64,000 bases of DNA from an uncultured cyanobacterium (GCA_963718615.1 OY970368.1:2176001-2240000); one strand, 5' to 3'; numbered from the stretch's first letter, positions 30,069-42,730 are shown. A program made the numbers and translations. The notes: generated by a model not told the origin, from the sequence alone.

Positions 30069-31112
30069 ATGTTTCAGCTTGCGATCGTCGTGTTGATCGT
30101 GATTGTCGGTTCAGCCTTCTGTTCCTGTACCGAGACCGCGATCCTGTCGGTCTCTCTGATCCGGTCCCGTCAACTCGCCCAGTCTCGCAAGCCTGCTGCG
30201 ATCGCGCTTCACAATATCCGGGAAAAGATTAACCGACCGATCGCCACAATCGTCATCTTAAATAATGTCTTCAACATTGTAGGCAGTATCATTATTGGCC
30301 GCCTCGCCACGGATGTCTTTGGCGATGCAATGCTGGGGATTTTTTCTGGCGTTCTCACCTTTTTGATTATTGTGTTTGGCGAAATCCTGCCCAAGACCCT
30401 CGGTGAACGCTATAGCGAGGCCATTGGCTTAGTCGTGGCGATTCCCGTCACTGGCCTGACGTGGCTCTTGACGCCCCTGGCCTGGCTGCTCGAAGTCGTC
30501 ACGGCTCCGCTAGTCAAGGGCACCAAAGGACCCACCACCAATGAAGCAGAAATTAAGTTGCTGGCTCGAATTGGCTATCAGGAGGGCATCATCGAAGACG
30601 ATGAAGCCGACATGATTCAGCGGGTGTTTCGGCTCAATGATGTGACCGCAGCGGATTTGATGACCCCTCGGGTGGCGTTGACCTATCTCTATGGCGACGA
30701 AACCCTGGCGGATGTGAAGGATGACATTTTGAATTCCCAACACAGTCGGATCGTGGTGGTGAATGACTCGGTGGATCGGGTAACGGGGGTGGTGTTGCGC
30801 TCGGAATTGCTCAAGGCGATGATCGATGGGCGCTACGAGGCCACGGTAGAAAGTTTGACCCGTCCAGTGCAGTTTGTTCCAGAGGTGCAGCGGGCCGATC
30901 GCCTGATCAAAACCTTTCGGGAGTCCCGCGAGCATTTGGTGGTGGTTTTGGATGAATATGGCGGGGTGTCAGGGGTCGTTACCTTGGAAGATGTCTTAGA
31001 AGAGTTGATTGGTGAAATCGTCGATGAAACCGATCGCAATGTTGATTTACAAGCCCTTGCCCGCCTGCGGCGTCGCCGTCTCCTGCGTCAGCACCGAGTC
31101 CAGGAGAGCTAA
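30069..31112 (+). CDS. CNNM/CBS domain membrane protein (hemolysin/CorC family)
   Basis: SCTETA, FGEILPK, MTPR, HSRI, VLDEYGGVSGVVTLEDVLEELIGEI. Confidence 0.92.
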   Translation: MFQLAIVVLIVIVGSAFCSCTETAILSVSLIRSRQLAQSRKPAAIALHNIREKINRPIATIVILNNVFNIVGSIIIGRLATDVFGDAMLGIFSGVLTFLIIVFGEILPKTLGERYSEAIGLVVAIPVTGLTWLLTPLAWLLEVVTAPLVKGTKGPTTNEAEIKLLARIGYQEGIIEDDEADMIQRVFRLNDVTAADLMTPRVALTYLYGDETLADVKDDILNSQHSRIVVVNDSVDRVTGVVLRSELLKAMIDGRYEATVESLTRPVQFVPEVQRADRLIKTFRESREHLVVVLDEYGGVSGVVTLEDVLEELIGEIVDETDRNVDLQALARLRRRRLLRQHRVQES

Positions 31113-31225
31113 TCGGGGATCACAAAATGTGTTTAGATTTGCGTTTAGGTTAATGAACCAGATGTGCGACGGACCGATCCATCTGCTAGTTGTTAAGTAA
31201 AGAGCGATCGCAGAGGCGAATCCGA

Positions 31226-31876
31226 ATGGCCCCAAAAACGATGAAAAAAATGAAGACCGCCAAGAAGGATAGCAAAGAAAAAGTGACCAAGGACAAGATT
31301 GATTCGACCAAAACCGATTCGAGCAAAGCTGATTCGAGCAAAATAGAGGATAGCAAATCCATGACTGCAACTTCCGCCTCAGCAACAACGTCAAACAGTA
31401 ATCGCATGCCGGTCAATATTGGGATCAAAGATGCCGATCGGCAGGCGATCGCCGCAGGGCTGTCCCACCTCTTGGCCGATACCTACACCCTCTATCTCAA
31501 AACCCATAATTTCCATTGGAATGTCACGGGTCCGATGTTTCAAACCCTACATTTGCTGTTTGAAACCCAGTACACCGAGCTGGCCCTGGCTGTGGACTTG
31601 ATCGCAGAACGGATTCGCGCCCTCGGCTACCCCGCACCGGGTACCTATGCAGAATATGTCGAGCTGAGCTCGATTCCCGAAACCATGGGGGTTCCCAAGG
31701 CCACTGAAATGATTAAACTCTTGGTGGAAGGGCAGGAGGCCGTAGTGCGGACGGCGCGGACACTTTTTCCGGCGGTAGATAAGGCTGCCGATGAACCGAC
31801 GGCGGATTTGCTGACCCAGCGGATGCAGCTCCATGAGAAAAATGCTTGGATGCTGCGGAGTTTGTTAGAAGAATAG
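31226..31876 (+). CDS. dps: Dps family ferritin-like protein with Lys-rich N-terminal extension (start uncertain)
   Basis: KTHNFHWNVTGPMF..LH..FE.QY, D.IAERIRALG, HEKNAWML. Confidence 0.93.
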   Translation: MAPKTMKKMKTAKKDSKEKVTKDKIDSTKTDSSKADSSKIEDSKSMTATSASATTSNSNRMPVNIGIKDADRQAIAAGLSHLLADTYTLYLKTHNFHWNVTGPMFQTLHLLFETQYTELALAVDLIAERIRALGYPAPGTYAEYVELSSIPETMGVPKATEMIKLLVEGQEAVVRTARTLFPAVDKAADEPTADLLTQRMQLHEKNAWMLRSLLEE

Positions 31877-31920
31877 GGAAAATACAAGCCTGACCCGTTC
31901 CAGGACGGTGTGATTGAGCC

Positions 31921-32634
31921 ATGTCTGATTGGGGATCTGACCCTTTGCCATCCAGTCTAGAGATTACCGAGCGGTTGCGATCGCACATGCAATCTTCGCA
32001 AATCTCCAGCTTCCGTGCCCTGGCCGAGCGAGCTGGCGTCAGCGAGTGGCAGGTGCGGCAACTGCGGCAGGGCAAGGCCCCTCAAATGCGGCTTGAGGCG
32101 CTGCAAAGGCTGAGTGGTGCCCTAGGCTTACCATTGGTTGAGTTTTTGGCCTTGCTGGGGATGATACCTGGGAGAGGCGCGGAGCAGTTGCCCGGTGCGC
32201 CCCAAGGCTACAACCAAGACCATGCCCAAGAATATGCCCAGGAATATGCCCAGGAATATGCGCTGTTAAAAAAACAACTGGAGGATCAGCGAGAGGTTTT
32301 GCTGCAGGATTGGCAGCGTGCCAGTCTTTATACCCTAGAAACCTGGATGAAAAACTGGCCCAAGGTGGTTCATGTGGTCCGCCATCAAAATCCTGATTTA
32401 TTGGCTGCCAAGGTTTTAGCCTTAGTACAACCGGTCAACCAACTCCTTGTCTCTTGGGGCGTTGAAGCCATTGGCGAGATTGGCGAGGCGATCGCCTATG
32501 ATCCAACCCAGCACCAATTGAGGGATCAAGATCCTGAAGCCGCTCCCCAACCGGGCGATCGCGTCACGGTCACCCGTCCTGGCTATCGCCAGGGTGATGC
32601 ACTTTTACACCGAGCGGAGGTAAAGGTGCTCTAA
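31921..32634 (+). CDS. XRE-HTH + GrpE-like domain protein
   Basis: LAERAGVS HTH; YDPTQHQ...PGY..G..L.RAEV GrpE-like beta region. Confidence 0.8.
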   Translation: MSDWGSDPLPSSLEITERLRSHMQSSQISSFRALAERAGVSEWQVRQLRQGKAPQMRLEALQRLSGALGLPLVEFLALLGMIPGRGAEQLPGAPQGYNQDHAQEYAQEYAQEYALLKKQLEDQREVLLQDWQRASLYTLETWMKNWPKVVHVVRHQNPDLLAAKVLALVQPVNQLLVSWGVEAIGEIGEAIAYDPTQHQLRDQDPEAAPQPGDRVTVTRPGYRQGDALLHRAEVKVL

Positions 32635-32741
32635 ATCCATTGCGTTTTGCAACTTTCTGAGAAAATCTACGGATCTGTCAGCCGACTCATCGGGAGAATG
32701 AAACAGAGTTCTTCGGCAATCGCGCTAGGGCGGTGGGGTAA

Positions 32742-33446
32742 ATGATGAGTATGCGGGAGTTTTTATCAGCGCAAAGGCCTCAATTGGGGTCCGTGGTGCG
32801 AATCCTCAGGCCTTTGAATTTTCAGGATGTGAGCTTGCCCGTCGGCTTACAACGACGGCATCTTTGGGGGTTAGTTGCGATTAGTGTCGGCTATCTGTGG
32901 CTGGGTTGGGCAATCCAGCATTTTGCGACTCCGGCCTTGATTGGATGGATGGGCTGGGCACTGTCCTTAGGATGGGGCTGGCGAACGATTCGTCATTGGC
33001 ACCCCTGGCTGCCCGCCATGATCACGGCCCTGGTGTTAGTGGGCATCGTCCTGCCGGGCTGGGTTTTAATGCTATTGGCCATCCCCATGGTGGCTCTCTT
33101 TTTCAGCGTCTGGCTCATGCCCGAACAGACACCCCGCACGGCACTGATTAGCAGTCTTTTTGTCTATGGGCTTTCCGCCTTGGCGGCTTGCTTGGGGGCC
33201 ATGATTTTGGGCATGGTAGATGGCGATCGCCTCGACTTTTTAGGGCTGCTGCTACAAATGGCCTTTGCCTTTGGTCTATTGTCCTGGGGAAACCGTTTGC
33301 GCCGTCGGCGGATGCAGCCACAGCCACTTTGGTTTCAATATGGTCAATATGGCATCGCGGCAGCCCTGGGATTAGGCCTCGGCGGCCTGTTGGATCGGAT
33401 AGATTGGGATAGTCTTTTTGCCATCACAACTCATATTTTGCAATAG
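32742..33446 (+). CDS. Multi-pass membrane hypothetical protein
   Basis: About 6-7 hydrophobic segments. Confidence 0.7.
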   Translation: MMSMREFLSAQRPQLGSVVRILRPLNFQDVSLPVGLQRRHLWGLVAISVGYLWLGWAIQHFATPALIGWMGWALSLGWGWRTIRHWHPWLPAMITALVLVGIVLPGWVLMLLAIPMVALFFSVWLMPEQTPRTALISSLFVYGLSALAACLGAMILGMVDGDRLDFLGLLLQMAFAFGLLSWGNRLRRRRMQPQPLWFQYGQYGIAAALGLGLGGLLDRIDWDSLFAITTHILQ

Positions 33447-33824
33447 GTTGGGCTGGGAATTTTGCCGAGCATCTTGCCGGGAATCTTGTAAGAGAACCGG
33501 TGAAATATCGACTGCTTTGATTTCCCAACGGTAGGCCGGTAAGCGCCGTGCCTTTCGTAGGCTAAAGCGGGTAGCGGGAGATTGCGATCGCAACTGCCGA
33601 AGTTTTCGCTCCGCCTCCCGTTTAGTCCGAAATCCCCAGTAGGCCGATGTTTCCCAACCATTACGCTGTTCTGGATCCCGTAGGACACCTAGATTTGGGG
33701 CCAACAACTCCCACTCAAATCCCATCGTTTCAGATCGTCGCACAGCCAGTTCTTGCTTCAGCTCTAGCAGCCATTCTTCAAGGGAGTGAATATCGGCTTG
33801 CAGCAATTCCGTGGATTGAGTCAT
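33372..33824 (-). CDS. Hypothetical protein
   Basis: Coiled-coil N-terminus and basic C-terminal region; 75-bp convergent overlap with the neighbouring gene. Confidence 0.55.
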   Translation of the reverse strand: MTQSTELLQADIHSLEEWLLELKQELAVRRSETMGFEWELLAPNLGVLRDPEQRNGWETSAYWGFRTKREAERKLRQLRSQSPATRFSLRKARRLPAYRWEIKAVDISPVLLQDSRQDARQNSQPNLLQNMSCDGKKTIPIYPIQQAAEA

Positions 33825-34002
33825 GGTTTGCAGCAACCTCGCTAGCATCGCTTACTCCCTATAGTTTAACTCAAAAGAACAAAGAATGACAACTATAATT
33901 GTCAGAGAAAAAGATTGTGCTGAGAGATGCTCAACAAAACTTAATGAATAACTCACTGAGGTGAAGAAGTAATCCTGAAAGAAGTGATTAAGTGCTTTTA
34001 CG

Positions 34003-34719
34003 GTGAGAATGAAAACTCAAGTCCAGCTACTGGAGTCTGCCAGGAAGGGAAACCTTGATGCTTTGGTCGCTTTAATTAATCAGCCCTTGGTCCACAAAGG
34101 GATTACCGCGTCAGTCAGTGTGGCCAATCGCTGCCTAACGGTGACCGCCGAGGCTCCTGAAGCGCCACCGGAGAAGTCCTTTTTTGTGAACTTTGTTAAG
34201 CAAGGGATTAATACGCTTAAGCCTTCTGGGGTTGAGCGGGTCGTGGTTCGGGGCAAACTAGAGGAGGATGCTCGAATTCTGTGGCGCGATCATTTTTTAG
34301 TCGATGCCTCTAGCCATACGCCTGGATCAATCCCATTTTTTAAGTCTGTGGAAGAAACGCCAACCGCATTTAACTTGAATGGCGCTACGCCCAAGCCGGT
34401 TCGTAGACCCTTGCCTGTCTTTGGTTTTTTGTGGGCCAGTTCTTTTTTGTTGGGGGCCTTGTTGACGGCAACGGTTCTGGGTTGGTTCATGCCCCAGCGC
34501 TTGGCACGAACGACATGGGAATACCGGATCGTCAGTATTGAAGATCAGGATTTTAATTCGGCAATGACGGAGTTAGGCAAAGAGGGATGGGAATTAACCT
34601 ATGCTCGTCGAGCTGTGGCGGATGGAGGGGATTCGGAATACAGCCTTTATGAATTAATCTTTAAGCGGCCCAAATCCCCCCTAGATCGGCAATCTAATCG
34701 GCAATTCGATCGACCATAG
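34003..34719 (+). CDS. Membrane protein with C-terminal DUF4177-like domain
   Basis: WEYRIV...ELGKEGWEL...LIFKRP after one TM helix. Confidence 0.75.
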   Translation: MRMKTQVQLLESARKGNLDALVALINQPLVHKGITASVSVANRCLTVTAEAPEAPPEKSFFVNFVKQGINTLKPSGVERVVVRGKLEEDARILWRDHFLVDASSHTPGSIPFFKSVEETPTAFNLNGATPKPVRRPLPVFGFLWASSFLLGALLTATVLGWFMPQRLARTTWEYRIVSIEDQDFNSAMTELGKEGWELTYARRAVADGGDSEYSLYELIFKRPKSPLDRQSNRQFDRP

Positions 34720-34766
34720 GCGCTCGCTGGCTCGCTTGAAGACCGCTCACGAGCGCCCCCGATGGG

Positions 34767-36458
<1,692 letters not shown>

Positions 36459-36914
36459 CTAGCGAAACTGAGGCTGCTGTCTAGAGGCAGGGGATACGAA
36501 TCTGTCATAAGTAATAATGCTTATGGGCGATCGCCTCTGTCAACACTTGCGCTTTCTGCTCGGTACAAGCGCGGTGTACTACAGGTATTGCGTCTTTTGT
36601 ATTGAGTGATTTTATTTACTAGATAAAGAAGGCGTCGCTAAGTCAGGGTTCTCTTTGAAGATTGCATAAAAAACAACTTCAACGCTTCAGTGCATTCCAT
36701 GGAAATGTTATGTTTTTTCTTGTCAAATAAAGGCGCTCTATCCCAGAGAAGTTTGCTGCAGAAGGTTTCTCTTGTGATGGATTTCAGATTAATAGTTCGA
36801 GCCTCGTGCAGAATTATTCATAGAGTCAGGCCTAGCTTTTCATTGACAGCAGCTTCTCATTAAATGTCTTACCCTACAGAGCGAATTAGTATCGCTTTTT
36901 AACCGGAGCACGCA

Positions 36915-37256
36915 ATGAAAAATCTAGAACTATTTGAAGAGATTACGGAAGCCGAAGAGAGCACCATTCAAGGTGGTAGAACCGATTTGATTTTAGGTGG
37001 ACAAACGATTCAACTTACCGGTAATCCTACCTTGCCTTGGGGCGCATACCTTTCTTTCCCACTCGCTCTTTCCTTCACCCCAGGAACGATTAACTTTGCT
37101 CCGGGATTTGGTCTAAAATTCAGTGTTGCCCAAATCTCTGACGTTCCTAGCTTTAACTTCCTATCTGGTGGTGCAGGGCCTTTCACCAGCCTTCTAGGGC
37201 CTAATGGCCTTGCAGGAGTTCTGGGGTTGAATACCTCTGCTAATGTTCCTGCCTAA
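36915..37256 (+). CDS. Double-glycine-leader secreted peptide precursor
   Basis: Leader MKNLELFEEITEAEESTIQGG, RBS GGAG upstream, adjacent to HlyD and a C39-ABC exporter. Confidence 0.85.
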   Translation: MKNLELFEEITEAEESTIQGGRTDLILGGQTIQLTGNPTLPWGAYLSFPLALSFTPGTINFAPGFGLKFSVAQISDVPSFNFLSGGAGPFTSLLGPNGLAGVLGLNTSANVPA

Positions 37257-37278
37257 TATTTCTTAGGATTTAACGATG

Positions 37279-37321
37279 GACTGAAGCGACAAGAGCAATG
37301 ATAGACTCTTAGGCTTCAGTC
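37279..37321. terminator. Hairpin after the precursor gene
   Basis: GACTGAAGC...AAGAG...CTCTT..GCTTCAGTC between convergent genes. Confidence 0.55.
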
Positions 37322-37422
37322 TTCGTATCAAGCTATGTCATTGATTCAGTCTATGAATGAGTGGCATGGCTTGCTTCTTTTTGGCTGCAATTCTTGCCCT
37401 AGAATAACTTGTCTAGATCGAC

Positions 37423-38847
37423 TTAAAGGGTCGAGATAATTCTTGCTTTTCTCAGGATGAATTTCAGAGCGTTCTCATCTTTAGTAATGATGTCTGCTTG
37501 GATGTCCATGCCGGGTTGCAAGAAATACTTTTTCCCGCTTCGAGTGAGATAGCTCTCATTCGGTTGAATCGTGATTTCGTAGTAAGGAATGCCAGCAGGA
37601 GCGTCACCTGAGGCGGAGCCGGAGGATTGGCTGGCAACCGCGTCTGAGCCAATGGCAACAACTTTGCCATCTAAGGTTCCATAGTCCGTATAGACGTAGG
37701 CGGAAACACGCATCCGAACTGGCTGTTCGACTTCAATTTGACCAATATCCTGGGGCAACACCCTGGCTTTAATTAGGAGGGGAGCTTCCTGGGGCATAAT
37801 TTGGGCGATGACATCCCCGGTTCGGACCACTTGGCCATCATTGCGGAGATTCAGGCTCAGAATATGGCCACTGGCCTGGGCTCGAATCACCGTTTCTTCC
37901 AGTTCCTTGTCGAGCTGGGTAATTTCCTGCTGATCTTGCTGAATTTTGGCGCGGAGTTGCACCTGCTGCTGCACTAAGGCCGCTCGATTGCTTTGGAGGC
38001 TGGCTTGAGTGGAATCTCCTTGGGCTTGAGCCTGGGCGATCTGTTCACGGGCGATCGCCACAGGGGCCTCACTGGGATTTAGCCCAGTCTTCGCCCCTTG
38101 CCACCGCGCCACCGCTGCTTGATAGGCCTGATATTTGCCTTCGACTTGGACCATGGGGATCACCCCTTCCTGGGCCGCTGTAGCCAAGGCTTCAAATTCA
38201 ACCTTGGCAGCGGTCATGGTTGCCTCTGCTTCTTGGACCTGCTGTAGGGCTTGGATTTGGCGATCGCGATGCTCCCGTTCTGCCTGAGCAAATTCTGCCT
38301 GGGCCGAAATGGTGGTTCGGGCCACCAGATTTTTCTCGGCGTTGGCCTGTTGCTCCAGATTGCCGATTTGCAGATCAATTTGCTGAATCTGCAACTGGTT
38401 TTGTTGAATGGAGTTTTCGAGCTGGCGGCGGCGGGTTTGCAGGCGGGAGTCATCAATGCGGGCGATCGCGTCCCCCACTTTCACGCTTTGCGCTTCTTCC
38501 ACCTGAATTTCACGAACGGTCCCTTCCATCGTCGCTTGGACAACCTTCACTTCTCCAACCGGACGAACCACGCCAGCTGTGCGGACCTTGGTGGGCAACG
38601 GCGTCACCGCTGTGAGTCCTACTGCTGAACCCAGCGCCGTCAGCAACACTAGCCCCCCCAACGTCGTCCAACGACTCAGGACCGGTAAAAATTCATCATT
38701 ACTGAGGGGAATGACAAATACATTGGACGAATTGAGCTGCTCCGCCCCCAAGCGGTTCTGGCTAGGGGCAATTTCTCCTCCCCTCGGCTCAAAACTCATG
38801 CCTTGAGAGGAAGAAACAGGGGCTTTAGGGTCGCGAAAACTAACCAT
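37423..38847 (-). CDS. HlyD-family membrane fusion protein
   Basis: TM, lipoyl-like halves, long coiled coil, YG.L.G.V, LQPGM..ADIIT. Confidence 0.93.
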   Translation of the reverse strand: MVSFRDPKAPVSSSQGMSFEPRGGEIAPSQNRLGAEQLNSSNVFVIPLSNDEFLPVLSRWTTLGGLVLLTALGSAVGLTAVTPLPTKVRTAGVVRPVGEVKVVQATMEGTVREIQVEEAQSVKVGDAIARIDDSRLQTRRRQLENSIQQNQLQIQQIDLQIGNLEQQANAEKNLVARTTISAQAEFAQAEREHRDRQIQALQQVQEAEATMTAAKVEFEALATAAQEGVIPMVQVEGKYQAYQAAVARWQGAKTGLNPSEAPVAIAREQIAQAQAQGDSTQASLQSNRAALVQQQVQLRAKIQQDQQEITQLDKELEETVIRAQASGHILSLNLRNDGQVVRTGDVIAQIMPQEAPLLIKARVLPQDIGQIEVEQPVRMRVSAYVYTDYGTLDGKVVAIGSDAVASQSSGSASGDAPAGIPYYEITIQPNESYLTRSGKKYFLQPGMDIQADIITKDENALKFILRKARIISTL

Positions 38848-39111
38848 GTTCGACCTAGTAACTGGACAAAGAGCCCGATATCTGACGCAATCTGACGCAA
38901 GGTTGATTTTAGAAAGCCCAGAATAGCCCTGGAGCTATCAGGGATTATTTTGTCTGATTTGATACTCTCACGGGGAAAGATAAATCAGGGATTTGAGCGC
39001 CAAGTTGACCGTAAATTCACACTTTTAGGGCCAGTTTGCAAAGAAAAGCAGGCTAGTATGGTTTAGAACTCTCAGTATTTATCACAAGCAGCGATCGCCC
39101 TGGGTCACTTC

Positions 39112-41256
39112 ATGAAATATCCCCTTGTCCTACAGCACAGTGAGGAAGACTGCGGCGCGGCCTCTTTAGCTTCTGTTGCCCAGTTCTATCGTAAAAAACT
39201 GACGATTAGTCGGATTCGGGAAGCCATTGGCACCGGTAAACAGGGAACCAGCCTGTTGGGACTCCGACGGGGCGCAGAAGCTTTGGGGTTTAATGCGCGC
39301 TCGGTGCGGGCAACCGCCGCTGTGCTCGATCGCCTTAAGGATGTCACCCTACCAGCGATTCTGCACTGGCAGGGGTATCACTATGTGGTGCTCTATGGCA
39401 AACGGGGGCGGCGCTATGTGATTGCGGATCCGGCGGTAGGGCTGCGCTATCTGCATCGCCAGGAGCTGGAACAGGCTTGGAACAATGGCATGATGCTTCT
39501 GCTGGAACCGGATCCGGTGCGGTTTGCGGAGCAGGCTGAGGACAAGGTGGGGGGTCTGGGTCGGTTTTTTCGTCGTGTTGCCCCCTATCAGGGGGTTTTG
39601 TTTGAATCTTTTTTAATCAATCTAGCGGTGGGGGGGCTCTCGCTGGCGTCTCCTTTTTTGATCCAGGTTTTGACCGATGATGTGCTACTGCGGGGGGATA
39701 CGCATTTACTGCGGGGATTGGCGATCGCCATCATCGCCATGAATCTGATTAGCAGTGCCTTGAGCTGGGTCCAGGCCAATTTGATCAGCCAGTTTGCCCA
39801 GCGCTTGGAGCTGGGGATGGTGATGGAATTTGGTCGCAAAATTCTCAATTTGCCACTGAGCTATTACGAATCTCGGCGCAGCGGTGAAATTATTAGTCGT
39901 CTTCAGGATATTCAGCAAATTAATCAGTTGGTGTCTCAGGCGGTTATTAGTCTACCGAGTCAGTTTTTCATTGCGCTAATTTCCCTGGCCCTGATGGCGT
40001 TCTATAGTGGCCAGCTCACGATTGTAGTCCTTCTGCTTTCGGTGGTGACGAGTACGACGACCTTTATCTTCATGCCTGTGCTCCAGCAAAAGATTCGGAA
40101 GATGCTGGTGCTCGATGCCGAGAATCAAGGCGTTTTAGTCGAGACATTTAAGGGAGCGTTGACGCTCAAAACCACGACGGCACAGCAGCAGTTTTGGGAG
40201 GAGTTACAAAGCCGGTTTAGTCGATTGGCTCGGTTGGTCTATGGCACAACCCAAATCAATATTATTAATAGTACGTTTTCAGGACTAATTTCGAGTATTG
40301 GGGGGGTTGTTCTGCTTTGGTTTGGCAGTAGCCTGGTCATGAACCAAACCCTGACCATTGGTCAACTGATTGCGTTCAATAGCATGAGCGGTCGATTACT
40401 CGGGTTTATTGGGGCGGTGATTGGGTTTGTTGATGAAATCATGCGGGTGAAAACGGCGACCCAGCGACTCTCGGAGGTGATTGATGCTAGCTCTGAAGAT
40501 TCGGGTACCCAGCGCCGCGCGACGGTAAAAATTCCCGATAATGCCGATATTACGCTGTCTCAAGTGCGATTTCATCACCAAGGTCGGGTCGATTTGCTCG
40601 ACGATTTTTCGGTGCTTATTCCGGGCGGAAAAACCACTGCGATCATTGGTCGTTCGGGCTGTGGTAAAAGCTCCTTGGCGAAGCTAGTTTCGGGGCTTTA
40701 CCCCTATCAATCGGGCAATATTCGGATTGGCGTATTTAATCTAGAAGATTTGGAGCTCGACTGTTTACGACAGCAGGTGGTGTTGGTTCCTCAGGATGCC
40801 CATTTTTGGAGCCGTAGCATTGTCGAAAATTTTCGTTTGGGTTCGCCTTACATTACCTTTGAGCAAATTGTCTATGCTTGCCAAGTGGCAGGGGCGGATG
40901 AATTTATCAGCAAATTGCCCGACAAATATCAGAGTGTGTTAGGAGAATTTGGGGCGAATTTATCAGGGGGACAGCGGCAACGGCTGGCGGTGGCGAGGGC
41001 GATCGCCAATGCCCCCCCTATCTTGATTATGGACGAGTCCACCGCTGGTTTAGACCCGGTGAGTGAGACGGATTTGCTCGATAAATTGCTGACCTATCGC
41101 CGTGGCCAAACGACGCTCATGATTAGCCATCGGCCTCGGGTGATTGAGCGGGCAGATTGGATTATTTTTATGGAGCAGGGCCAAGTGAAGATTCAGGGAA
41201 CGCCGCAGGAGTTGCGATCGCAAATAGGTGATCACCTCAATTTCCTAACCCCTTAA
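39112..41256 (+). CDS. C39 peptidase-containing ABC transporter (PCAT)
   Basis: QHSEEDCGAA (Cys), HYVV (His), ADP (Asp); GRSGCGKS, LSGGQRQ, MDESTAGLD. Confidence 0.95.
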   Translation: MKYPLVLQHSEEDCGAASLASVAQFYRKKLTISRIREAIGTGKQGTSLLGLRRGAEALGFNARSVRATAAVLDRLKDVTLPAILHWQGYHYVVLYGKRGRRYVIADPAVGLRYLHRQELEQAWNNGMMLLLEPDPVRFAEQAEDKVGGLGRFFRRVAPYQGVLFESFLINLAVGGLSLASPFLIQVLTDDVLLRGDTHLLRGLAIAIIAMNLISSALSWVQANLISQFAQRLELGMVMEFGRKILNLPLSYYESRRSGEIISRLQDIQQINQLVSQAVISLPSQFFIALISLALMAFYSGQLTIVVLLLSVVTSTTTFIFMPVLQQKIRKMLVLDAENQGVLVETFKGALTLKTTTAQQQFWEELQSRFSRLARLVYGTTQINIINSTFSGLISSIGGVVLLWFGSSLVMNQTLTIGQLIAFNSMSGRLLGFIGAVIGFVDEIMRVKTATQRLSEVIDASSEDSGTQRRATVKIPDNADITLSQVRFHHQGRVDLLDDFSVLIPGGKTTAIIGRSGCGKSSLAKLVSGLYPYQSGNIRIGVFNLEDLELDCLRQQVVLVPQDAHFWSRSIVENFRLGSPYITFEQIVYACQVAGADEFISKLPDKYQSVLGEFGANLSGGQRQRLAVARAIANAPPILIMDESTAGLDPVSETDLLDKLLTYRRGQTTLMISHRPRVIERADWIIFMEQGQVKIQGTPQELRSQIGDHLNFLTP

Positions 41257-41299
41257 AAGGGTCTGAAGGCGTTGGCCTAAACTATTCCACGGATCTCCC

Positions 41300-41875
41300 T
41301 CATCCCCCGCTCTCGACATCCTCATAAATCTCCTCCAACGCGCCCTCCCAGCCCACAGTCTGCAAAATCAATGACTCTCCCATCTCATAACTTTTTAAAT
41401 ACCACTGTTTCGACCCCAACCCATCCCGCCGATAACAATCGAGCCGCCGCCGCGCCTGGCTAATCAACACATATTCCTGCAAACTTGCCAGCGTCCGATA
41501 ATCTGCAAACTTATCCCCCCGGTCAAAGGCCTCCGTCGAATCCGACAATACTTCAATGATAAGACAGGGGTGCTGCTTGAACTTGAGATTTTGGCGATCG
41601 CGCTCATCACAAGTCACCACCACATCCGGATAGTAATAAATATTGCGCTGCTCAAGGTTGACCTTCATATCCGAGATAAACACCCGACAGCCCGTGCCTC
41701 GAAGGTGGCTGCGAAGAATTACAAAGGTATTCCCTGCGATCGTATTATGCGCATCTGTTCCCCCCGCCATGGCATAGATCTCGCCATTGATATATTCGTG
41801 ACGAACCTCACTGCTCTCTTCGTAACGCAGGTATTCATCTGGCGTAATTTTGGGGGACTGAGGAACGGCAATCAT
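41300..41875 (-). CDS. Uma2 (DUF820) family endonuclease
   Basis: RHEYINGEIYAMAGG, YYPDVVVTC, IEVLSDST...DRGDKF..Y. Confidence 0.93.
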   Translation of the reverse strand: MIAVPQSPKITPDEYLRYEESSEVRHEYINGEIYAMAGGTDAHNTIAGNTFVILRSHLRGTGCRVFISDMKVNLEQRNIYYYPDVVVTCDERDRQNLKFKQHPCLIIEVLSDSTEAFDRGDKFADYRTLASLQEYVLISQARRRLDCYRRDGLGSKQWYLKSYEMGESLILQTVGWEGALEEIYEDVESGG

Positions 41876-42012
41876 GGCCTAAGGGCATTCGGAAACGGCT
41901 ACAACTCATCCCATTCTAGCGATAGCACCCTCGGTAAAACCCAACAAAACCAATGCCTAAGCCTTTAGCCTGTTGGGTTTCGGGTCTTAACCCAATCTAC
42001 GGGTTGGTGCGG

Positions 42013-42675
42013 TTAAGCCTCGGCCTTGAGCAACTGAATATTGCTGAAGAGAAACTCAGCGGTGGGTTCATCGGAATCGGCGGGGGCGATCGCCCGACGG
42101 CTCAAAATCCAATAACCTTCCACCTGTTCATACTCATCTTCAAACAAACTGCGCCCGCTCTTGCGCTCGCCTGTCGCTGGATCGCTATAGACCGAGTCAT
42201 ATTTATGGGAAACGTAGCCTTCGCTCGTGTCGTGGCTGCTTTCGGTGTAGATCTTCACCATCGAGCCATGGACCAAACGGTACACCATGGAAATTTCGTT
42301 ATTTTTGACTTCGTAGCGCTCTCCCGCCGTACTGTTCTCTAGGATAATTTCCACCGCACCATCGGCCTTGTTCTCCCCGTAAGCAAAGACATTCTTGCTG
42401 TGGGTTTGCTCAAATGTCCGGCGTACCCGGTGAATCGCCGTTTCCCAGAGCTGGTTCTGCACCGCTTTCAGTACAGCCGGCTCCTCAATCCCCGTGACTT
42501 CCCCCGCGTAACCCATGCGAGGATCGGGTGAAACCTTAGCTTGGCCGTGAACCTCTTGATCGCCACATTTGTAAGTCACATCGGCGGTATAGCCGGGAAA
42601 ATCGGCATCCCAGGTATAGCGGTTTTCATAGGCAGATTGAAAGAAATCCCGTGCTGAAATTTGTACTGCGGTCAT
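42013..42675 (-). CDS. DUF3386 family protein
   Basis: SARDFFQSAYENRYTWDADFPGY, IHRVRRTFEQTH. Confidence 0.85.
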   Translation of the reverse strand: MTAVQISARDFFQSAYENRYTWDADFPGYTADVTYKCGDQEVHGQAKVSPDPRMGYAGEVTGIEEPAVLKAVQNQLWETAIHRVRRTFEQTHSKNVFAYGENKADGAVEIILENSTAGERYEVKNNEISMVYRLVHGSMVKIYTESSHDTSEGYVSHKYDSVYSDPATGERKSGRSLFEDEYEQVEGYWILSRRAIAPADSDEPTAEFLFSNIQLLKAEA

Positions 42676-42730
42676 AAAAAATGAATCCTGTGATTATGAA
42701 TCAAGCCTGTACTTGCTTTTAGTTTAAAGG

